From IMG/VR virus record IMGVR_UViG_3300037067_027643, positions 32,001-96,000 of that record: a stretch of 64,000 nucleotides of DNA; one strand, written 5' to 3'. The stretch comes from a virus (taxonomy: Duplodnaviria; Caudoviricetes). Numbering within the stretch: the first letter of the stretch is position 1; each line of letters begins with the position of its first letter. Under the pieces are notes generated by a model. The model was not told the origin of the DNA and made no database searches. It worked only from the letters and a program-made list of their open reading frames with translations. Shown here in pieces: positions 19,352 to 28,185 of the stretch. The position numbers and the translations under genes were made by a program.

Positions 19352-19496
19352 AATTTTTCTCCTTTTAATAGTTAATTGTTATTATTTAATAGTCATTAGT
19401 TTAATTCAAATAGGTCGACAAATTCTATTTGAAGTCTTATTTATTTTAATATACAAAATTTTTATGAATTATTTTAGAAATTTGTAAAGTTTATTT

Positions 19497-20675
19497 TTAT
19501 AAATCAAGAAGTATTTTTAAACCATCATATTTTTTATCAATAATAAATAAAAAATCATATCCAAGTTTTATGCTGCCTATGCGTTTAGCTAAATTTTTAT
19601 TCAAATATGTATTATAATAATATACACTTTTAACTTCTATAATCAAATTATATTTTGGTAAATAAAAATCTGAGTGATATACTCTATTTTTATTATTATG
19701 AATATATCTTAAGCTTGGACCATTTTCTACAACTATATTATATTTTTCACAAAATTCTAAAAAATCGTATTCATAACTTCCTTGATATGATAATGTGGTA
19801 TCTTTATACAATTTAGCTTTAAAAGAATTCATTTGCATTTTATGAAACATCTCTGGATTTTGAGTATTGTTTTCATAGCCACAATGTTCTTTTTTAGTTT
19901 GTCTAGTTTTATTTTTAACTATTTCTGATTTTGTAGCATGATCAAATCCATATCTATCAATATATGTAAGTGTTCTTTTTTCTTTACATGAATCTAATTG
20001 CATATTATGTTCTACACCAAAATTTTCTCTATAAAAATCTTTAATCTTTTCTTTTATTATGTCTGAAGCAAATACATTTTCGGTTCCATAAAGTTTAACA
20101 TTAGTTATTTTTGTTTTTTCTTTAAATTCTGGAGTTTGCATTAACATTTCGTATCCATATTTTTCTTTATTTGTCTTTTTAATTTTTTTTGATGTTGATT
20201 TTGAACCTAAACCCATTCCACCATACAATTCATTTTGAGTTTGTTTAGTCTTTTCTTTTATCTCTTCATTCTGTTGACAATGCGGAACTCCAAAATGTTT
20301 AATACTAGTTGCTTTCATTTTATCTTGTACCCACTCTAATGAAGTAGTTGATTCTACACCATATCTTTCCATACAAGTATTTTTAACCTTTTCTCTACTA
20401 CATTTTGATGAGCAACTATAATATCCTCCATTTTTAATATTTTTTAAATATGCTTTATAACTTATTATTTTTTCATTACCACAAACATCACATTTAACTC
20501 TTACTTTTGTATAACTACCAGGATGTAAATCTGTAATCTTACATATAAATTTATCATTAAATCCAGTAAATGTATAACCTAAATTAATATAATATTTACA
20601 CATATTTGGATTAAACCGTATTTCAACAAATTCATCTAACAACATAATACTAACAATAAAATGGAAACCATTCAA
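19497..20675 (-). CDS. homing endonuclease-like protein (Zn ribbon, K-x-T-x3-YG repeats, PD-(D/E)XK)
   Basis: CDVCG, CSSKC, repeated TxxxxYGxE units, YHSDFYLP..IEVKS. Confidence 0.75.
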   Translation of the reverse strand: MNGFHFIVSIMLLDEFVEIRFNPNMCKYYINLGYTFTGFNDKFICKITDLHPGSYTKVRVKCDVCGNEKIISYKAYLKNIKNGGYYSCSSKCSREKVKNTCMERYGVESTTSLEWVQDKMKATSIKHFGVPHCQQNEEIKEKTKQTQNELYGGMGLGSKSTSKKIKKTNKEKYGYEMLMQTPEFKEKTKITNVKLYGTENVFASDIIKEKIKDFYRENFGVEHNMQLDSCKEKRTLTYIDRYGFDHATKSEIVKNKTRQTKKEHCGYENNTQNPEMFHKMQMNSFKAKLYKDTTLSYQGSYEYDFLEFCEKYNIVVENGPSLRYIHNNKNRVYHSDFYLPKYNLIIEVKSVYYYNTYLNKNLAKRIGSIKLGYDFLFIIDKKYDGLKILLDL

Positions 20676-21717
20676 CTTTACATCTAGAAATACTATCTTT
20701 TACAATATGTAAATCAATAATACAAAACCCAACATGAGCAGCTAATCGTTTTCCTTGCATCCAATTTGTTTGACGTTGCATGCTTCCGGCTGATACACAA
20801 TGAATATTTCGTTCAAATATATAAGCAAATTTATGGCAATGCCCCAAACCTAAAAAATGGGGTTTTGTACCTCCAGTCAAGCTTTCTACAACTTTTTGTA
20901 TTCGATAACTTAGAGCGTAGCTCGATGCATCTTCACCATGCCATAAACGTATTTTAATATCTTTTTTTAATATAATATCCCCCACATCATGTCCTAAAAA
21001 TGTAGCTCCTATTCGTTCACAAACATCTTTAACAAACAGAGCACCTGCCGACTTTATGAACCAGCGATCATGGTTCCCATCTATCATATATAATGGAGCT
21101 GGACAATCTTTTAATAATTTTACAGTATGTTCTTTTTGTTTATCGTAGCCTAAATCACATAATTCGTAGATTTGGCCGGGTCTTTGACTCATACCCTCTG
21201 CAAGATCTCCAGTATGTCCAACAAATTCAACTCCTTCTTTTCTAAATTGGTCAAATGCTTGATAGATAAAATCATCATGAGTGTACATAGAACCAATATG
21301 AGTATCTCCAAATAATCCAAATTTAATATGATCACCATCAAAATGAATTTCTGGTACTTTTATTATCTGTTGTAATAAACTAGAACCATTTGCTATTAGT
21401 CTTAGTTCCTCTGGAGAATAACGTTCTTTTATTTTTGTAATTATTTTATCTTCTTTTTGTTGTTTAATTTCTTTGGGAGAACTACACTCATTATTTATTT
21501 TTTCTTTTTTAGTCTTTGGTTCAAAATTGGTTATAAAATTATCTACTAATTCTAAACTCCAAAAATCACCACATGTTTTAATTTTTCTACAGATTGCACG
21601 TTCTATGTTTTTTGTTTTAATTCCGTCCCATTTTATTTCTTTGAAATTGTTATATTCTTTGATATATTCGCCTGTTTCTCCATCGTAGCGATAGATTTTA
21701 CTCTGTTTATTTACCAT
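20650..21717 (-). CDS. calcineurin-like metallophosphoesterase with NUMOD1-like N-terminus
   Basis: GDTHIG, HTGDL, GNHD, HG, GHCH. Confidence 0.85.
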   Translation of the reverse strand: MVNKQSKIYRYDGETGEYIKEYNNFKEIKWDGIKTKNIERAICRKIKTCGDFWSLELVDNFITNFEPKTKKEKINNECSSPKEIKQQKEDKIITKIKERYSPEELRLIANGSSLLQQIIKVPEIHFDGDHIKFGLFGDTHIGSMYTHDDFIYQAFDQFRKEGVEFVGHTGDLAEGMSQRPGQIYELCDLGYDKQKEHTVKLLKDCPAPLYMIDGNHDRWFIKSAGALFVKDVCERIGATFLGHDVGDIILKKDIKIRLWHGEDASSYALSYRIQKVVESLTGGTKPHFLGLGHCHKFAYIFERNIHCVSAGSMQRQTNWMQGKRLAAHVGFCIIDLHIVKDSISRCKVEWFPFYC

Positions 21718-21820
21718 AGTTTATTTATTTAATTTAAATTTTTTTATATTTTTGATTATGGAATCTATATTATATATTATAAATACAACTCCAATACCTA
21801 TTATCATTCCTGTTAACATA

Positions 21821-23221
21821 TTAAGTTACATTAAATTTTTCTAATTTTGAATAATTGTTTCCTTGTTTTGTTTTATATTTAAAACCACTATTATTAAAGA
21901 CTTGTAGAATGTTAGGTATCAGATCTTTGTCTTCTTTACTACAATCAAATAAGAAAGAATCGTAGGTATATAGTATTAATTTGGACATATAAGTATAAAT
22001 AGTAAAAATTTTAAAAACCTCTTTAATTACTATAGCCGAAAATTCAGTCTCTATCATTTGAATGTAATAATTAAAAAGTTTACTATCATATATATTGTTA
22101 TAATTTTCCTTTAATAGTCTACGTTTTGTTATTTTTGATTCTACATATCCTTTTGTTTCAAACTGCTTCCAAAGCTCTTGTATAAACTCACTTGTTTGTT
22201 TAAAGAATGGTATCTCTTGATATTCCTGTATGTGATTACCGTATATTATTTTAAAACTTATATTTTTTGATTCGTTGTATTCATCTTCTGTTAAAGCAAC
22301 ATTATCTTCCTTACCAAAATAATATCTACCTAAATATTCGTGTACATTTAGTTCACTTGGAATTTTATAATTTATTAGTTTGGATATTAACATTAAATGG
22401 TACGCATCAAAATCTATTTCAAATAAATATCCATCATTATCTTTAAACCTAGAAAGAAATATTTCTCTTGATCCATCTGTTTTATTAAGAGCCGCGTAAT
22501 TTACTCCGCCATATTTATTGCTTGGTCTTCCGGTTAATGTTAATAGATTATATTCTGTAAATACTGTATTATCATCAACTATATAAGGTTCTATATTATT
22601 TTCAAATATCGTTATTGCTTTTGGTTTGTCTATATATAATCCAGATTGTTCTACATTTACAAAATTATTTATTATGGTATCGTTATAAAATATAAATCCT
22701 TGATCTGTTATTAATTCTTGATTGTTATTTATTAGTTGTAGGTTTATATCAACGTATTGTTCACAGTATTCTATTAATTTTGTTATTGGTGTTAGAAATA
22801 CATTTATTTTATTATTGTCGATATAAAAATTTATTGATGGTAATTTTAGATTATATGTGTTATTTGTTTTGAAATAGTATAATAGTTGACTATCAATTAA
22901 ATTATTTAAATCTTGTCCCGTTAATAAATGGATTAATTGTTTTTTATCTATTGTAAATTTATTATGGTTATTATTATATGTATTAATATCTAGGTATAAT
23001 TGTTGTTTAGATACGATATAATAGTCTTCTTGGTGTTGATGTATAAATATATATCCTTGTTGTAGATCAATTAAATAAATGTATGTAATAGATAAATTAT
23101 TATGTAATACATGTTGATTATTATCAATACAAACTGGATGGATGATTATATCCGAATTAGGTAATTGATTGATAAAATCTTGGTATTGTTGAGAATTATC
23201 TATTATAATAGATTTCAGCAT
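21821..23221 (-). CDS. family A DNA polymerase-like protein
   Basis: TGRPSN, motif A EIDFDAYHL, motif B SKNISFKIIYG, NYYIQ, motif C YTYDSFLFD. Confidence 0.8.
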   Translation of the reverse strand: MLKSIIIDNSQQYQDFINQLPNSDIIIHPVCIDNNQHVLHNNLSITYIYLIDLQQGYIFIHQHQEDYYIVSKQQLYLDINTYNNNHNKFTIDKKQLIHLLTGQDLNNLIDSQLLYYFKTNNTYNLKLPSINFYIDNNKINVFLTPITKLIEYCEQYVDINLQLINNNQELITDQGFIFYNDTIINNFVNVEQSGLYIDKPKAITIFENNIEPYIVDDNTVFTEYNLLTLTGRPSNKYGGVNYAALNKTDGSREIFLSRFKDNDGYLFEIDFDAYHLMLISKLINYKIPSELNVHEYLGRYYFGKEDNVALTEDEYNESKNISFKIIYGNHIQEYQEIPFFKQTSEFIQELWKQFETKGYVESKITKRRLLKENYNNIYDSKLFNYYIQMIETEFSAIVIKEVFKIFTIYTYMSKLILYTYDSFLFDCSKEDKDLIPNILQVFNNSGFKYKTKQGNNYSKLEKFNVT

Positions 23222-24186
23222 TCTTTCAAATATAATTTAGAATATATTATATCACTACTATTTTCAATAAAATCATAATAATGCTCAATACCCCATATTC
23301 CGGGTTTAACATTAACTACTACATATTCTTTAAGATTATTTGATTCTATATTATCTTTCACAATTAATAAATCATCATCTGGTAATATTTCCTTCTGATT
23401 TTTTAAATTTTCTATATCACTACACATCCATCTATCAAGTGTTAAATGAATTTTACCTACGTGTACAAACCCATCAATATTAATTTTATATTTTCTACCA
23501 GAATTAGGATTAAATATATATTCACCTCCTATAATTATTTCATTTCCTTCATTATTTACATATATTGATATAGTTTTATTTTCTATATACCATATATGAT
23601 AATATTCATTATTACCAGACATTTGTCCATAACCAACATTTTTATTATTTGCTAAATAAGTCATTAATTCAAATCTACCCAATAATGACTTTAAAGATTT
23701 GTTATTTTGATTTTTATTTATATCTATGTATAATTCTTTACTATAAAAATTATTAGTAAACATTAATTGTCCACTTGGTACATTTATTTTACTTATCATC
23801 TTTCGATATTGTTGTAAAAATTCTCCATCGCATAATTTTATTAATTCTGGTGTAATAACAATATTATTATTTTCATTATATAATTTATTATATACATTAA
23901 TATCCATTACTGCTATAGTATTTTCGTCTAATAAAATCATACACATATAAATATCACAATTAGAACAGTAAATATCATTTTTTCCAATAGATATAATTGG
24001 ATAGCCTATTTTTAGTTCGTTATATATAAAATCATATGAACTTTTTATAACGGCTTCTAAATAAATTAAGATATGTTTGGGATTGAAGTTATGTCCTCTA
24101 CTATTAAAACTAATAGTTTTATTTTTTAGCTTTGATACTAATTCAATTAAATTCATAATTTTATATATTTTATTTTTAATATACAA
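23215..24186 (-). CDS. hypothetical protein
   Basis: 323-aa ORF; true start is probably the second Met, downstream of the promoter motif. Confidence 0.7.
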   Translation of the reverse strand: MYIKNKIYKIMNLIELVSKLKNKTISFNSRGHNFNPKHILIYLEAVIKSSYDFIYNELKIGYPIISIGKNDIYCSNCDIYMCMILLDENTIAVMDINVYNKLYNENNNIVITPELIKLCDGEFLQQYRKMISKINVPSGQLMFTNNFYSKELYIDINKNQNNKSLKSLLGRFELMTYLANNKNVGYGQMSGNNEYYHIWYIENKTISIYVNNEGNEIIIGGEYIFNPNSGRKYKINIDGFVHVGKIHLTLDRWMCSDIENLKNQKEILPDDDLLIVKDNIESNNLKEYVVVNVKPGIWGIEHYYDFIENSSDIIYSKLYLKEC

Positions 24187-24201
24187 AATTATTTTGAATA
24201 T

Positions 24202-24840
24202 TTAATTAATTATTTTTGAAAATTGTATTAAATTTGATAAATATCTGGAAATTCCGCTCATTTCCCGTTCTTTTAATTGCAGAGTTCTTTTGTTGGTGTT
24301 ATAAATACCATATTGTACAATGGTTTTACCAGAGTTATCATATTTATCATTTAAACATCCATATATTTTCCAATCTAACTGAATTCCATAATATAATACT
24401 TCGTCTATTCCTTGAAATGGTATTGGTATAGTATTGTATTGTTTTTGATTTACTTCTATTATATTTGAACTAGTGCTATTTCTTCTTTTGACAAAGTATC
24501 TTACTATAAATGTGGTTGTATAATCATTATCATCTGGAATAGGAATATATGCTACAGGTTCTTTATAATTATATGTTCTTTTTTTGTTTAGTGTAAAATA
24601 ATATGTATCATATATATCATTAGATTGATCTAATGGAATAAATAATTGTTTACTGTTTAAATCGTTTATATCTCCTGAATATGCTATATTATTCTTATAG
24701 TAGTACTTTCCCACATACGCTTGTCCGTTCCCAAATACGAAATCTCCATTAGAAAACAAGATTTCTGTTGACTTCTGGTTACCACCTACATTTACATTGG
24801 GAGTAGATTTAATTTCAATTTGTTTTGGACGATAAAGCAT
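24202..24840 (-). CDS. hypothetical protein, probably virion-associated
   Basis: 212-aa ORF at the end of the tail gene run. Confidence 0.6.
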   Translation of the reverse strand: MLYRPKQIEIKSTPNVNVGGNQKSTEILFSNGDFVFGNGQAYVGKYYYKNNIAYSGDINDLNSKQLFIPLDQSNDIYDTYYFTLNKKRTYNYKEPVAYIPIPDDNDYTTTFIVRYFVKRRNSTSSNIIEVNQKQYNTIPIPFQGIDEVLYYGIQLDWKIYGCLNDKYDNSGKTIVQYGIYNTNKRTLQLKEREMSGISRYLSNLIQFSKIIN

Positions 24841-24842
24841 TG

Positions 24843-25097
24843 TTATTTAATATTTTGTAAAGTTGTCATATATTTACTCTGTTCTTTTGCTAGTTCTTTA
24901 TCTATTTTAGCAGAATGTTCAATAAATTTTAATAAGTAATCAAAGCGTTTAGTTTCATCTCGTTCATTATCATAAACATGTTTGAAATCCTTCATCATCT
25001 TATTCTTTTGCTGTAGTAATTCTTGATATTCTTTGGAAATAAATTCTATGTTATCATTTTCATTAAGAACTGTCTTTACTATATCTTTTAATTTCAT
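24843..25097 (-). CDS. hypothetical protein with MKLKDI...LNE N-terminus
   Basis: 84-aa ORF. Confidence 0.65.
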   Translation of the reverse strand: MKLKDIVKTVLNENDNIEFISKEYQELLQQKNKMMKDFKHVYDNERDETKRFDYLLKFIEHSAKIDKELAKEQSKYMTTLQNIK

Positions 25098-25116
25098 ATT
25101 TTTGTCTTTCTATTAT

Positions 25117-28100
25117 TTAATTTGTTGAAGCATTTGGATCTACAGGATTTGTTTCTGGATCAACACTAACTACAGGAGGAGTTTTACCTACACTTGTATA
25201 ATATTCATATTGTCCGGTATCTTTATTTTTTGTCTTGGTTAATTCTTTAAACTGTTTAAAATAATCATAATCAGCAAAATAATAATTAGTTTTATTTGGA
25301 CTCTGTCTTCCTATTACTGTCCAAGAACAATTTACAGTACAAGCCATTGGTAGTTTATGATTATCAATATCCCAAGGAAAATCATCTTCTATTGTATAAT
25401 CTAAAGAAGAAAGGAATCCAAATTCGCTTTTTACAAAATTTCCTATTGTTAAAGTATATATAGGAGAAACCATTCTATTCTGTGATATTACTGGTGATAT
25501 TTTTTGTTGTAATTCGTTTAAATGTTTCCACATAATACCCATTTCAGTTTCACTTCCTGCCGCAGCTATAAAACTAAAATCTATAGTTCTACTCATCCCT
25601 TGGTACATAAATACCTCGTCTGGTCTTCCAGCATATTGTACAGAACTCCATTTTGGTGATGGTTTTGAACTTAAACTTTTTAAAATGGCTCTAAACTGAG
25701 TATTACATATTAATAAAGTAATAAAATCTTTTGTTATTATTGGTGTTAATCCTTCTATATTATATACATTATCTGGTTCTCCTGTATCCGGTATTCCAGC
25801 GGAACCATTGTGCATAGTAGCATATTTTTCTCCACTTTCATCTAATACAGCATTACCATATTTACTTATATAATATTGTGATACTTTTGACCAAGGTGGT
25901 GTTTCTACTCTTATTGGTTGTGGTATAATGCTTCCACTAATTCCTGTAGTTGATGCTCCTCTTACACTTGTTCTTGTATTTGTTACATGATTTACTTTAT
26001 TTTCATCTGATAAATCCGGATATTTTAAGTTATTATATAGTTTAGCTTCGTCTCCAATAAATATAGCATTACCTCCACCTGGATATCCTGTTTTAGTATC
26101 AAATGGATCTTTTACTGATTCTAATCTATTTGATATTTTGCTTCCTGGTAGCGATGATCCAATATTACTTGTATTAATTAAGGTAGTATCTAAAATATTA
26201 TTGGTATTGACAATTCCTTGTTGGTTATCTGGTTTTATACTTACAATTGAACTATATTTTAACTTATCATTCCAAAATTCAGATGGAGTATTTAATGTGC
26301 TATTATAGTTTACTGGTTTGGCTATATCTTTATGTAAATCTAACATTTCTATTGTTGACATACTTCTACCGTTATCTGGACGATATATGTTTGTAAACCC
26401 TAATCCATACAATGAATTTGGACCACCTATTCCCGATAATGTTACAATTGGAAGTTTATTTGTAGAATATAATAATGATGATTGTACTAACGGAGTAGTA
26501 TCTTTTCCCATCTCTTTCCACATTTTAAGCAATCTATTACCAATAACTAAAAATGGAAATCTTGGGTTATTTAATATATCTTTATTTTTAAATTTAACTA
26601 TATCTTCATAATCTGGAGATATTCCTAATAACCCATGTCTTGGTGCATGATATCCAATTAATCCTCCCGCTATTGATAATGGTACTTCTAAAGGATTGTA
26701 TATTCTATTAAAATTAATTGGTCCAATTTTTTCTGATTTTGGATTTGTTAATTGTAGTCCTTGTTGCTGTAATAGCCAAATTAAACCTTTGCCACTTGTT
26801 AAAAATTTAGTAGTTCTAATTAAATCAATTGCTGTTCTAGATGTTCGTAATTTTAAATTACCAAGTAAATCATTACTATTATCACTGTCTGTCCAAGTTT
26901 GTCCTATATTTCTTACTATGTAAGGTTGACCACTTGATCCCGCTCCTTTTTGATCTAACTCATATAAAAATTTAGATTTTATTTGTACTTTATCTATTAA
27001 TACACTTTCTTTTTTATAACTAGCATCTACTAATTGATTTAATAATGTTTCTGATTTTATATGTGTTGTATTTAAATCTAATTGATTTCCTCTTAAATTC
27101 TTATCTTGATCGGTAAACAGTCGTGCTACCATACCAGTTGGAAATGGTTGTTTAACTCCTAAAGGTGATGTAGTTTTATTAGTATTAATAGCTGTTTGAT
27201 TATTTGGAACCGTAATTGATGTTTTTGTTTTTACATTAGTATTATCTGTTACATCTGTTCCCGTTTTTGGTATTACATTTACATTATTACTAACATTTTT
27301 TCCAACTTTATTAATTAATCTTGTATTATCTGTTACAGATTTACCTGTTTTATTAACTGATTTTGTATTATCTGATACCGTTAATCCTTCTTTCCTTTTT
27401 ATACGAATATTATTATTAATATCCTTTCCTGTCTTAGGTTTTACAATTATATTATTATTTACATCTCTTCCTGTTTTATTTTTTACTACAGTATTATCAG
27501 TAACATCTCGTCCTGTTTTTGTTTTTACATTTATATTATCGGTTACATCAACTCCTGTTTTATTAGCAACTTTAACATTATCACTGACTGTTTGTCCTGT
27601 TTTATTTTTTAATACTGTATTATCGCTTACATCTTTTCCGGATTTTTGTATCGTTCTTATATTATTGGTTACTGTTAATCCTAATTTTTCTAATAATTTT
27701 GTTGTATCGCTAACTGATATTCCTGTCTTTGCAACTGTTTTTATATTATTAGATACATCTATACCAGTTTTATTTATTGTTACAATATTATTTGAAGGTG
27801 ATAATAAATTTTTAGTTTTATCTATTATTCTTGTATTATCTGAGATATTTACATTTGATGTTTTATTTATTATTTTTTTATCAGTAACTAAAACAGTATT
27901 AACTTTTGATTTGTCTTTATTTTTTGTAATATAATTATCAATTACTACAGATCCTTTGTTATCTGTTTGTTTGAAATTATTTATTTTAACTGTTTGTTCA
28001 TTGTATAAATCAACTAATGTTTTTCCTTTTGGATATGTATTATTACTTTTAACAGAATTTAAATGATGTGATACACCTAATTCATCTGGATTTTGAATAG

Positions 28101-28185
28101 ATGGAGTTGGACTATTCTTTAATGGTTTAGTTTGAAAAGAATAATTGACTTTCGATAAATCTGTTTTTAGGTTTTTAAGAGCCAT
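25117..28185 (-). CDS. baseplate/tail-tube-initiator-like protein with internal 14-aa repeats
   Basis: Follows tape measure; C-terminal QFRAIL...WSSVQYAGRPD...YQGMSRTIDFSF...LTIGN...PWD. Confidence 0.6.
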   Translation of the reverse strand: MALKNLKTDLSKVNYSFQTKPLKNSPTPSIQNPDELGVSHHLNSVKSNNTYPKGKTLVDLYNEQTVKINNFKQTDNKGSVVIDNYITKNKDKSKVNTVLVTDKKIINKTSNVNISDNTRIIDKTKNLLSPSNNIVTINKTGIDVSNNIKTVAKTGISVSDTTKLLEKLGLTVTNNIRTIQKSGKDVSDNTVLKNKTGQTVSDNVKVANKTGVDVTDNINVKTKTGRDVTDNTVVKNKTGRDVNNNIIVKPKTGKDINNNIRIKRKEGLTVSDNTKSVNKTGKSVTDNTRLINKVGKNVSNNVNVIPKTGTDVTDNTNVKTKTSITVPNNQTAINTNKTTSPLGVKQPFPTGMVARLFTDQDKNLRGNQLDLNTTHIKSETLLNQLVDASYKKESVLIDKVQIKSKFLYELDQKGAGSSGQPYIVRNIGQTWTDSDNSNDLLGNLKLRTSRTAIDLIRTTKFLTSGKGLIWLLQQQGLQLTNPKSEKIGPINFNRIYNPLEVPLSIAGGLIGYHAPRHGLLGISPDYEDIVKFKNKDILNNPRFPFLVIGNRLLKMWKEMGKDTTPLVQSSLLYSTNKLPIVTLSGIGGPNSLYGLGFTNIYRPDNGRSMSTIEMLDLHKDIAKPVNYNSTLNTPSEFWNDKLKYSSIVSIKPDNQQGIVNTNNILDTTLINTSNIGSSLPGSKISNRLESVKDPFDTKTGYPGGGNAIFIGDEAKLYNNLKYPDLSDENKVNHVTNTRTSVRGASTTGISGSIIPQPIRVETPPWSKVSQYYISKYGNAVLDESGEKYATMHNGSAGIPDTGEPDNVYNIEGLTPIITKDFITLLICNTQFRAILKSLSSKPSPKWSSVQYAGRPDEVFMYQGMSRTIDFSFIAAAGSETEMGIMWKHLNELQQKISPVISQNRMVSPIYTLTIGNFVKSEFGFLSSLDYTIEDDFPWDIDNHKLPMACTVNCSWTVIGRQSPNKTNYYFADYDYFKQFKELTKTKNKDTGQYEYYTSVGKTPPVVSVDPETNPVDPNASTN
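27190..27870 (-). repeat. degenerate 42-nt (14-aa) tandem repeat KTGxxV(S/T)(D/N)Nxxxxx
   Basis: Over a dozen units, e.g. KTGQTVSDNVKVAN-KTGVDVTDNINVKT-KTGRDVTDNTVVKN. Confidence 0.85.
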
